Shown piece after piece: positions 12,389 to 22,567 of a DNA stretch of 64,000 bases. The position numbers and the translations under genes are program-made. Location: NCBI GenBank assembly GCA_950097015.1, contig CATNEN010000001.1, forward strand, positions 10,044,001 to 10,108,000, in the 5' to 3' direction. Origin of the DNA: Macrostomum hystrix. Lineage: Eukaryota; Animalia; Platyhelminthes. Under the pieces are notes generated by a model. That model was not told where the DNA came from. It did no database searches and was given only the letters and a program-made list of their open reading frames with translations. Positions within the stretch are counted from its first letter, which is position 1, and each line of letters begins with the position of its first letter.

Positions 12389-15300
12389 TTAAAGCTGTTG
12401 CAGACGTTCCGCTGTAATCCTGCAACGTTGGTGAAATTGCTCGAACACCATTCGTCGAAGCCTGAACGAAGACGATTGGGCCATTTGCTGGAATACTATG
12501 AAAGGCGGCAGAGACATGAACAGCAGATCCTGTATTCTGCGACTCCGAGTGCAGGCAGTGTACAACAGACCGGGTGTGAACTCTCTGCGATCCAGGTGTA
12601 AAATTGCCTTCTCCAACGTTTTTCCCTGAGCCTTGTGTACTGACATTGCAAAGGAAAGCTTTAGAGGAAACTGCTTCCTATATCTGACGTTGGTGTCATC
12701 GTCTGCCACGCTCGTCACTGGGACTAGAGCGACAGAGTGAGCAATTTCAGGCAGGAATGGAGGTCCAGAGAATCCAGGAAAACACACGACAATGACATCA
12801 GGCAGATCGGGAGGGCTGCGTCCAGGAAGATAACAGATGTCGTACACTATGCCTTCACTTCCATTCGTCAGACCAGCAGTAACCCAGATGTTGCGTGTCA
12901 ACATGACCTGGGCTCCAACTGCCAGATAAAGTTTATTACTTAGTCCTTCGATGCGCACAGTTCCTCGGCTGTTAAATGAATGAATTCCAATGATAGGCTC
13001 CTGCATTGAAATCAGTGCTGTTCGATCGCATACATTCTTGACAGAATTCACCATGCAAATGTGCGTGGCTCCAGCAAATTCCAGCTGCTCATCTACAGCA
13101 ACAGAGTTGAATAGTCTCTCCTGCCAATGCCTGTAGTCGGCAATTGTAAACGTGCCATCACGAAGCCGCTGTAATTCATCGCGAAACTGCAACTCTGACT
13201 GGCCCGTTTGTCTCTCATTGACAGCTAATTCAAAACAGTCTGTGAAAAGCTCGAAGAGAATAGTAGCATCAGAGTGCATCTTGGTGGCGTATTTTGGGTT
13301 TTCAGCAAACAACGGAGTGTCCTTCACAGGCGGTAGTTGACACCAGTCACCCAACAGAACGATGGAAATCCCACCAAAAGGCTTTGTTGCATTGGCTGGA
13401 AAAAGCTCTCTCAACCGATGATCAATGCATGCAAAAGCTAATTTACCCATCATGCTTTTCTCGTCAATGAACAGCATGCGCAAATTTTTATGCTGCGCTT
13501 GCAAACGCACTAGCTGCTCTGCTGATAACGGTTGGATATTTTTAGGCTTCAGTGGCAAGCTCAACAGGCTATGAAGCGTGCAACCACCAATAAGATTTGC
13601 TGCGCAGCCTGAGTAGGCAGCAACTTGAGCCACAGAGCTGTCATTCAAGGAAGCAGAGCTTCTCTGACGCAAACTTTCTGTAAGATGTTGAAGAATGCAC
13701 TTCAATGTGAATGACTTGCCACAACCAGCAGCTCCAGAAATGTCAACATAAATAGGTTTAGGCCATTCACTCTGCAGATCAACAATGCAACGGACATATT
13801 CATCGAGTTTTTGTGTAATATATGTAAAAATCTGTCTCTGCTTTACGTTAAGCGAATTTGGGTCAATCATGTGGACATCATCGGTAACTTTTGCTTTATC
13901 ACCAATCTGGTTATACTGTTTAGTTGTATTCTTCAACCAATGAACACCAGCTTCAATTTGCTGAAGAGAGAGCCTTCTATTGCAGCAAGCGTAATCAGAT
14001 GCTCGAGCCATTTTTTCCAGCTCCTCTTGTTCATCGTCGGAGTCAACCTGAAGCTCTTCGTTTGGATTATTCCTATGCACACCAGTCCAGTCCGCCTGGA
14101 AAATCAGATTATTTGGCACGGGAAGATCATCGGGAACGAGTTCAGCTTCATTGGAGTCGTCACGACAATTGATAATTCTTTCTGCAATGTCGTCGACAAC
14201 CTTCTTAGGTCCCCTCTGCGGCAGCTGAAGTTGATAGAACTGTTCCTTAACATAAGATGGACACCTCGAGTTGTTTTTGACGAATTCAGCGAGCATCACA
14301 TCGGCTGTATCGATTTCTAATTCGCTTGGCTTGGCACCCGGTAGGTGCAGAATCAGCTGCTGCCAGCAGAATTGTTTATACTGTGGCGAGCCTTTCACGG
14401 GTGCTTTGACAATTGAAGGCACCACATGTGGAATGTAGGCAGTGTTGTGCGAACCTCGTTCACCACTGCCTAGTGGCCTCCACTTGGAACTGTAGCTACT
14501 CACAAATTCATACAATGTGACAAGCCGAGGGTCCGTAGTAACATCTCCACTGATAAAAGCTTGCAAGAGATTAAAAAAGTTTGGGTCTTCGTCTTTGCTC
14601 CAGTAAAGTTCTGCCCAATCAATTGAGTTCTTTGCTAGAAGTTTCTTACCACCCAAGCTGACCGTACGAAATTCGCGTCCGAATTCAACAAAGTGTTGGT
14701 TAAATATTAGGTGAAATGCTTCTTGCATTGAGTAGTCGCGCTTTCCAGTCCACTGAATCAGCAGCTTCTGGTACACAGATGCGCGTGTTTTATCCAGTGC
14801 ACTACTTGAACTTTTCAGCACGTCGGCAGTAATAACGGAAAATGCATCTGAGCTTCCTTCGCCTTTCAGGGTGTACTTCATGAGGTACTTTAGCAGCGAC
14901 GAATAAGATTGCACCAACTGGACATCAACGTTGCTTCTGAAAATTTGCGCTAATTCTGGCACGTGTGAAACAACGAAAGGGTGATTACGAATTACAAGCA
15001 TCCCACTCCGGTCAAAAACTATGTTACTGTGCGTACCTCCTCTACGATAAAAAGTTTCTGGTTTGGATTCTCCTTCACGAACGCCAGAATTGCAGGGCCA
15101 AAGAAAATAATCGACCAAATCACGAGGAAACTGAAAACGGCACTTATCACTATTATGTTTAAAGCAGGACGACTTGCCCTTCCGGCAGTCATGAAGCAGG
15201 GTTCGGTTTGTTAAGAGAGTGTAGTCATGACGCAAAACGTCTTTTAGTGCAGAACGCTCCTTGGCACTGGCAGCGACATCTGAATAGCGCATTCGAAGGC

Positions 15301-17674
15301 AATTGACTGGAGGTTCCTGAAAATTTTCTCCCAATGGAGGCGGCCACTGCTTCACATTGCACTCCGGATGAACCGCTCTGACCCCCATCAACATCGTGAA
15401 TTTTTCGTATCGCAATTTGCTTTCATGAATGGCCGTAGACTCATCGTCGTTATAATTTACCATGCCAGCATGCTGCTTCCAAAGTAACGATGCCAGTTTG
15501 AGATCCGCAGCGGTCACAGCATTTGGGACCTGCAGCAGGATATGAGCATGCACAGATCCCCTGAATTGATACTCGTACCGAATAATGAAATCAATGACGC
15601 CGAATGCAGGACGAATCACGTGCTTCATGAAGTGTCGCACTTTTTCGCAGAAAAACCAGTCAGCCACATCAGAATTGTTTCGCAGATTCTTCATGCGCAT
15701 CGCCATATCCGACTTAGCATCCAGACTGCCATGAGGCAGCGTCTCACCCACGCCGAGACGGATCACGTTCTTATCTACATAATTATTTTCCCTGTCTAAA
15801 ATAAGATGTAAATCCTTCCACTGCAGATCTGCAGCCGACAAAGTCATGAAAACGTTGAACATTTGATCGCCACGAATTCTATTGTAGGCACAGTACGAAA
15901 GAGATTTCCGAGCCATCTGTTGAAAGTAAGATGGACTACCTTTTATTACAGATGCAAAATGTGACAGCTTGTTAATGATACTTCGGTCTCCATTTTGATA
16001 ACGTCGAGCCAGTTCCTCAGCCGAAAGTCCAGCAACAGCACGATCGCAGAACACTCCACCGATCTGCATTGCCTGATGACGCTGCAGCATGTTTGCAGCC
16101 ACAAACGGAAACAGGTGATGCTGTGCAAATCTTCTGTCGAGCTGTACAAGAAACTGAAAGTATTTCTGATAAGTGCCTGTTGTCAGCTGTGGCTGTTTCA
16201 AGCGCCCACTGCGAGTGATGTCGCATCGGCCGTAAGGAAAGAGGCAAGGAAAAGCACAAGTAAAGTAGCCAGGGGTTTTCTCTTGCACTGCATGTGATCC
16301 GACAGCTGGGTACGGAACGGAAATGTTCTGCAAAGCTCTTAGAATCAACTTCTCTTGACGTAGACCCGAGAAATCCCCACCTGGCTGAGCGGCACTCCGA
16401 TCGATATGAATATCGTCGGAACTGTCTTTGGGACCGGAGTCGGCTGAATTTTCAACTCCAATATCAATGTGCGGCACTTCATCAATGCAGCCATCTTCGG
16501 GAAGGGTGTTAAGTAAGTGGTCGTCAATTTCGATAGATTTATACTCTGGGTTATTTAAGCGCAACCAATTTAGTGCTCGTAGCACACGATGTCGCCTTAC
16601 TCGAAAGTCTTTAACCTTGGTTACACAGGTTCCAGGCATCCGCACCACGAGGAAAGGCAGGTTGGCTGCACTGCAGGGCAAGCGATTAATAAACCCTTGC
16701 ACATCCTGCTCAAATGCAATAGAATGACCACGGCTTAAGTTACATGAAGATCCACGCAGTAGATATACCGTTTTCACAATATGCAGCCGCGAGATCAAAG
16801 CTTGCTCCACGCATGTCAGATCATTCAGGTCAGGGGGCACATCTTCCAGACTGAATCCATTGGCTGGTGAAAATAGTGGGGTGTCTGGAACTCTGCAATG
16901 TTTACACTTTCCATTATTGTCTACATCAAGATTGGGCCACTGTCGTTCACAAACTTTGCACTTTTTCCAAGTCGCGTATTCGGCAATATTGGCGTCAAAT
17001 TTAATTCCTAAGCCCAAAAATGGGTTGAAGTCTGGTAAGTAGCTCTTAAAATCGACAGCATCAGCATGCAACCGCATCGCGTCGAACTCCATTTGCCGAT
17101 ATTCTATGAAATCATTGAATGTCGGTTGTAGCGATTTCTGCATCATCCATTCATCATACACAGAAGGCCTCTGGGGGGTGGAGTTGGTACCAACCTCTTC
17201 GTTGTCGTTGGCTGCATGTTGTGCCCGTGACGGAAGCTGCGCATCGTCGTAAATCTGTGAGCAAAAAGGAGCTGCATCTTGCGAGGCATTACCAGCTTCA
17301 CCAGAAGCAGCATATGGTGAATCCACGGGAACACTCGTAGAGGCTGAAGCAGCATCCGGTGGATCTGCGTGAACACTTGTAGTAGCGGCATTACTAAAAC
17401 GCACTTGCTGAACGTTAGCAGAGAAAGGAGATGAGTGTAGATCAGCTGTGAGAATCAAAAGACAGCAGGTTCTGCCGCCGAGGCCAACTTCTTCCTTGCT
17501 GATGGATGTGACAGAGAAATCATTACATCGATACCAGGAATCGTTGTTGTACACATCACAGAAAAAGTGTGATGTACCAAGCTGCTGGCTTCCGGTTTGA
17601 TGCACTACTGCTGTAGGATAATAGACTCGATTTCCAATTCTAAATTCAGCGACTAAGTTTACTAATGACCGCAC
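12389..17674 (-). CDS. Helitron-like (Helentron/Helitron2-type) Rep-helicase: C-terminal half of a USP domain, DUF6570-like region, HUH Rep, Pif1 helicase
   Basis: Rep motifs FMTLSAADLQW, EYQFRGSVHAH, YLMKY. Walker A GAAGCGKS, Walker B IDEKSM, FGGISIVLLGDWCQLPPV, QFPLKLSFAMSVHKAQG. N-terminal VVHQTG...SHF...WYRCND is a USP His box. Confidence 0.93.
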   Translation of the reverse strand: MRSLVNLVAEFRIGNRVYYPTAVVHQTGSQQLGTSHFFCDVYNNDSWYRCNDFSVTSISKEEVGLGGRTCCLLILTADLHSSPFSANVQQVRFSNAATTSVHADPPDAASASTSVPVDSPYAASGEAGNASQDAAPFCSQIYDDAQLPSRAQHAANDNEEVGTNSTPQRPSVYDEWMMQKSLQPTFNDFIEYRQMEFDAMRLHADAVDFKSYLPDFNPFLGLGIKFDANIAEYATWKKCKVCERQWPNLDVDNNGKCKHCRVPDTPLFSPANGFSLEDVPPDLNDLTCVEQALISRLHIVKTVYLLRGSSCNLSRGHSIAFEQDVQGFINRLPCSAANLPFLVVRMPGTCVTKVKDFRVRRHRVLRALNWLRLNNPEYKSIEIDDHLLNTLPEDGCIDEVPHIDIGVENSADSGPKDSSDDIHIDRSAAQPGGDFSGLRQEKLILRALQNISVPYPAVGSHAVQEKTPGYFTCAFPCLFPYGRCDITRSGRLKQPQLTTGTYQKYFQFLVQLDRRFAQHHLFPFVAANMLQRHQAMQIGGVFCDRAVAGLSAEELARRYQNGDRSIINKLSHFASVIKGSPSYFQQMARKSLSYCAYNRIRGDQMFNVFMTLSAADLQWKDLHLILDRENNYVDKNVIRLGVGETLPHGSLDAKSDMAMRMKNLRNNSDVADWFFCEKVRHFMKHVIRPAFGVIDFIIRYEYQFRGSVHAHILLQVPNAVTAADLKLASLLWKQHAGMVNYNDDESTAIHESKLRYEKFTMLMGVRAVHPECNVKQWPPPLGENFQEPPVNCLRMRYSDVAASAKERSALKDVLRHDYTLLTNRTLLHDCRKGKSSCFKHNSDKCRFQFPRDLVDYFLWPCNSGVREGESKPETFYRRGGTHSNIVFDRSGMLVIRNHPFVVSHVPELAQIFRSNVDVQLVQSYSSLLKYLMKYTLKGEGSSDAFSVITADVLKSSSSALDKTRASVYQKLLIQWTGKRDYSMQEAFHLIFNQHFVEFGREFRTVSLGGKKLLAKNSIDWAELYWSKDEDPNFFNLLQAFISGDVTTDPRLVTLYEFVSSYSSKWRPLGSGERGSHNTAYIPHVVPSIVKAPVKGSPQYKQFCWQQLILHLPGAKPSELEIDTADVMLAEFVKNNSRCPSYVKEQFYQLQLPQRGPKKVVDDIAERIINCRDDSNEAELVPDDLPVPNNLIFQADWTGVHRNNPNEELQVDSDDEQEELEKMARASDYACCNRRLSLQQIEAGVHWLKNTTKQYNQIGDKAKVTDDVHMIDPNSLNVKQRQIFTYITQKLDEYVRCIVDLQSEWPKPIYVDISGAAGCGKSFTLKCILQHLTESLRQRSSASLNDSSVAQVAAYSGCAANLIGGCTLHSLLSLPLKPKNIQPLSAEQLVRLQAQHKNLRMLFIDEKSMMGKLAFACIDHRLRELFPANATKPFGGISIVLLGDWCQLPPVKDTPLFAENPKYATKMHSDATILFELFTDCFELAVNERQTGQSELQFRDELQRLRDGTFTIADYRHWQERLFNSVAVDEQLEFAGATHICMVNSVKNVCDRTALISMQEPIIGIHSFNSRGTVRIEGLSNKLYLAVGAQVMLTRNIWVTAGLTNGSEGIVYDICYLPGRSPPDLPDVIVVCFPGFSGPPFLPEIAHSVALVPVTSVADDDTNVRYRKQFPLKLSFAMSVHKAQGKTLEKAILHLDRREFTPGLLYTACTRSRRIQDLLFMSLPPFIVFQQMAQSSSFRLRRMVFEQFHQRCRITAERLQQL

Positions 17675-18605
17675 GGGCTCTAATGACTCAGTAATGCGCG
17701 ACAGCTCAACTACTATGTGCTTAGGTGCTTAGTTAAATTCCAAATTTGGCTGGGCATTGGGGCAACATTGCTGTGCGACAGAAATCGTCATCCATCTGAC
17801 AATTAAATCCTGCAGTGTCATACTATTCGCTGTCGAAGGCACTGGCAATGAAAGCAGTAAATGTCGGCCTTCATATAGCACTGATAAGCAGGTATCACAC
17901 CTGATAAAAATTGGCAGCTCAAACAAATGGCGTACAGCATCACTCCTAGTTCCAACAGCCAGATGCTGCAACAAAGCCGACAAAAATTCTGCACAATCAC
18001 CAAACTCACCAACAACGAATTGCGGACCCGCTGCACCTACCGCAGCCACTGCATTGATGAGTCGATGCACATTCTGCTCTTGTCCTGATCTGCTACAATT
18101 CGCCAATAATAACTCGACATTCGTGGCAGTAGCTTGCTCTCCGATGTCAGATGCCAACTGGCCCAGGACAGTGCCGGATATCAGACTGGTGAGCGCACTG
18201 TTTGCAAAGCAAACGTAACGCGTGTTTGGCCGCGAAATAGGCAGAGGTGAAGCAGAAGAAGAATTCCCTGGAGCATGTGTAGAACGTTATAGAGAAATTA
18301 AATATATCATCGGGTCTCGGACCCTAATCTCTTGTGTGGTGAAAGTATAAAAACACAAACTTACTTGCAACCCGACGACCGACGAGCAATCCGAAGTCAC
18401 GTCCTTCGTGTCCAAACTGACGACGCCCTTTTTCACCAAATTGTTTTCCTTGAACGCCAAATTGCTTTCCTCGTGCACCAAACTCTGGACCCTTCAGCCC
18501 TCCGAGTAAATTGAAATTGCAGCTTCTCCTACAGCATGACTGCCGACCTTTCTTCCAAAACAGTCCACATTTTGGACAACTAGCTGGAAACTTCGGAGGG
18601 CTCAT
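17675..18605 (-). pseudogene. 5' part of the same gene: exon 1 (18605-18365), intron (18364-18268), USP/peptidase C19 Cys-box region, in-frame TAA at 17729-17731
   Basis: GTAAGT...CTCCAG intron keeps the frame. CFANSALTSL (Cys box), GDCAEFL, CDTC, LSLPV and APKHIVVELSR are all in frame with the 12389..17674 ORF. Confidence 0.8.
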
Positions 18606-20462
18606 TTTGTTTCTAATTTAATTTTTACATTTTAATAGACTAATTTATTATTTTATAATACTAAGTCAGTACAACAATATCAGCTAACAATATCGCTGCA
18701 GTAGTGGTGGTGGTCCTTATGTGGGCTGCTTCGTGCTGTGTGGTGTGGTGTGGGGTTGTTTTGTGTTTTCTGTCTTCACATGCACATTAACTGGCCCGAA
18801 AGGATTTGGGGTTGGTGTGTGCTGCACAATTGAATAGCAGCCAGCCTTCCTTCCTTAGTGTCAGTGGTGTGTGGCTTTGACAAGTGCAGGCCAATTGGTT
18901 AAGGGGCGAAGGGGAGGTCGGGAGCCTTAGTGTGGCTGGCTGGCTGATGCCCGCTGCTGTGCTAGGCCAGTGAATTCAATGTACATTAACTGCCCCCCTG
19001 CTGCGTGGAGCCTGCCTTCCTTAAGGAAGGAAGGAAAGGAAAGTTAAAAAGGCTCTGACTTCTGACCTTGATGCTAAAAATAGCTCAGAAAGGGAAATAC
19101 TCAATTTTGAGCAGGAAGCAATGGAAATGTTGCAAGTCTGTTTTGGTGATCCCAAACTAATTTTCGACGACGAATCGAATGGCGCAAGTCCCAAGAAAAT
19201 CGGTAGGGTACGAGCTGAGAAAAAGGGGGGGGGTTGGCACATCAGACCTACCGGGGCATCATAAACCTAAAGACTCGCTCCGCTTCGCTCCGCTCGAAAT
19301 TATTTCCTCTTAATGCTTCATTGCATGTCATGCATCATTTTGTAGATAATTTCTTTGACTTTCAAATTAGTCGCTCTGTGAAACACAATAGCTTGTTTCT
19401 GTCTTGCAGGAGACCAATGAAGGAGTCAAAATTCTTATTCGGTTTTGAAGATACACTGTTCGGTTGATGATAAATTACTCTACTACACCCCTTCTTTGGG
19501 GCTTCCTAGGCCAACGATGAAGTTAATCCATCCAAGCAACCATCCATCCATTATACTAAAGGCATTAGTAAAGTTGAGTTTGTCTCTCTGTTTGTAAGTT
19601 TCCTTTTAAACTATCCAAAATATTTTTATTCAAATTGGATATATTCAGTTGCAAATCTGACTGGGATCATGTGGCTAAATTCTGTTAATGGTAACTTAAA
19701 AACTTGGCTTAAAATGCTAAAAACCTAATTCTCACCTATTGAATTAGTGTATTTTTCTTACAGTCCGAGCTCTTTTTCATTGTTTTGTCTATGACTGTTG
19801 AAAATCATCTTGCAAAGTCTAAATTTTAATGGCAAGTTGAGTCTAAATGCATCTCAAGTGTAAAGTTTTCATTAAAATTGGTGTATATGGCTGTCAAAAG
19901 GTTGAATGCATATATCACAGCTTAAAGGAATTAAAAGCGAAGAAGCTTTGTCCCAATTGTAGTATTCGATTGTGATCTCATAAATGTGTGGTTGAAAGTA
20001 TGTCACATATTTTTGTACACGTCCCCTCAGAGGGGGAGCTATTTTACTCATAATCACTTTAAACAGTGGGCAGAGTTAAAAATAACCCGTTAAAGCAGTT
20101 ACAAAATAATTACGAGTAAGAACAGATCAAATTTTCGAGAAAAAATCAATTTCAGCGTTGCTTTTGTTATATTACTTTATTAAAAGTTAGTATTATTAAA
20201 ATAGAAGACTAACTTTTTTTGTTAGTCTTTACTTGACTTGTCAACAATTTTCTACACATTTATAGTGTGGCTACTTTTTGACATTAATTTTTTTCCAATG
20301 AATTTAACTTAATTCTTGACTTGAATTATTTGTAGAAAATAACTTCCGCCCTTGTATTTAAGATAAGGCTTATCAAAGAACTCATCTGGAACCACGCTGG
20401 AAACTGATAATATAAAGTCAATTTGTAGGACAATTTTAGAATAATTTCAATCTTGAAATAAA

Positions 20463-20801
20463 TTAGTCGTCATTATCTGACTCCGACAGCAATCGCAGAT
20501 TGCTAGCCGTGCTTCCGCCAGTTGAAGGTTCATATTCTTCCCGCCTATCCGCTGATTGGCACTTGGCTGGCCTCTTGTCCAACTGCTTTAGTCGGGTGCC
20601 ACTGTCTTTCAGATAAAGACGAATGCGCTCTTCGATATCCGCTAGGTCTGGTGGATCATGAAACTTTTTTCCGATGGCACTCTTGATCAGCGGCTCAAAG
20701 ACGTCAGAGAATGACAACTTTCCATCTCTCCGCGAAATGATGTTCGTCCTAAGACCGTTGCCAGTCGGTGGCGCCATTTTTCGATACGAGGACCCCCGCA
20801 C
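20463..20801 (-). pseudogene. Fragment resembling DUF4806-type transposon accessory proteins
   Basis: GKLSFSDV...IKSAI...IEERIRLYLKDSGTR resembles the C-terminal pattern of these proteins. Upstream frame is disrupted. Confidence 0.35.
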
Positions 20802-21249
20802 TCATATCGCCATCATTTCACTTCATCCAAGCTTCTGGTATCCTTTCGACCCCACTTCTAAGAACAGAGACAACCAGCTCGTCAAGGAAGAGCGAACTGA
20901 TGGCGATATGAGGGCTTATGCACCACAACCGCACCTCTACCACACCCAACGCACCACTCAGTTGGGCCGGCCTAAGAGAGTCATAGCTACTCCCGCCGCT
21001 TACCCGCACTTGCTTGGTGTCAAAAAAACTCAAGGCCAATTTGCGTTGCTGCAGCAGAAACACGCGTTGCTTGTGGGATGCTTTGCATTCGCGCAAACAT
21101 GACTTTGCGCTTGTGCAGAACTCTTAGATAATCCGTGTGTCGAATGTTTTGAGCAACAGTTTTGCAGACACCCTTGCATCGCGAGATTTGCGTAATACTC
21201 TCACCAGCAACCAAGAAGGAATATTTCCTTGGTCGATGGTGTTTTAGTG

Positions 21250-21853
21250 GATCGATGGGTCGTTAGGGTGGGCAAAGTGGAGTCGATGATTCACGACAGC
21301 GTGGTTCTGCAAGCCATTGTAGGCCTGCCACCCGTCAAACAATCAGAGTGCCTGGAAGAACGTGCTGCTGGATGATTGGTAGCAGCGTAGCAGCATCGCG
21401 GCTTGGCAAAAGCACCATCATGGCCTTGTTGGTGCCACGCTTCACCATGCCAAGCACCCAGTGACCCTCTCGGTAAGACCCTTGGTGGTACTTCTGGTGA
21501 AAGAACTTAAATTCGTCAACCTCCACCTCACTTCCGAGCCAGGGCCACCGAGCTGCATGGGATGGTCGATCAGATACTGGCAGCAAATGTCGCGACAGAA
21601 GTTGAACCAGTCCGTGGCAGTCCTGCTCGAGATGCGACGCTCCCGTTCAACTTGGTTAACGGCATGCTGTGCGCCCAGTGGTACACCAAATCCAATAGTT
21701 GGGTGACGGTGAGGTGGGTGCCCTAAAAAGGCTGCCCTTCGTGATGCTTTTCAGCGTCCTGCAGGTCGGAAATGCCCAGGCATTGCAATCAACAAATTGG
21801 GCTCCATCCCGCCTTTGTAGCCGCATGGCTGGAGCCTCAGGGCATCGTTCACA
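21250..21853 (-). pseudogene. Merlin (IS1595/ISXO2-like) DDE transposase, decayed; central and C-terminal part
   Basis: EVEVDE..F..KYHQG....HWVLGMV...RDAATLLPIIQQHVLPGTLIV followed by GWQAY and VVNH motifs, with frameshifts. Confidence 0.85.
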
Positions 21854-22567
21854 CCCTAGTCGACCGAAATTACAAGAAATTGTCGAAAATTGCAATCTAC
21901 TTGCCGAAATTGTACAATAATTGCCAATTGCGTGCACGTCAATTGCGATTTTGGATAAGCTGATTACAATCGAAATTGCAATTTTAGCAATTTTGCACAC
22001 ACGGATTGTAAGTTTTGCAATTCAGACCAATTGAATTGTAATTTCTGGCAATTTCTGGCGCAATCCGATTGCAATTACTTTCGGTGGATAGACACAGCAC
22101 AGTACTCTGAGTAGCATGTATGGCTTCTGCCGATGTTCTGAATTTTCAGATTAGAAAATTAATGTAAGGAAGACGATAAACACATGAGAGGATGTTTTTC
22201 TGACAGACTCGATAATTATTGAGCAGTTTATGTAAAATTACTACAATAATGCACGATTGCATTTCATTATTATATTTATATAACACTCAAATTAAAGCTG
22301 CACAGAAAGTGAAACGTTAAGTTATTACAATTGATATTTGAGTACATACAAAATGTTTTCCCGTATTTTTACTTTTTTACTATACAACAGTCAACAAAAA
22401 ATCAAACAAGATACACAATTAGCAAGCAATAATCGAATTATTGTATGGCGATCGGTTTAAGAGATCTATATTTTGAAAACGATCCGCGACAGATAAAATT
22501 CTTAGTAGTGCTTACTCAGTTTCAACAGTTCCTACTCAGCTTCAAGTCATCCCAAATTTAGCCATAT

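Noticed and set aside
12380-18218. Plus-strand and alternate-frame short ORFs over the RepHel gene (likewise over the Gypsy, Tc1 and DIRS genes)
   Set aside because: Shadow ORFs with no motifs.
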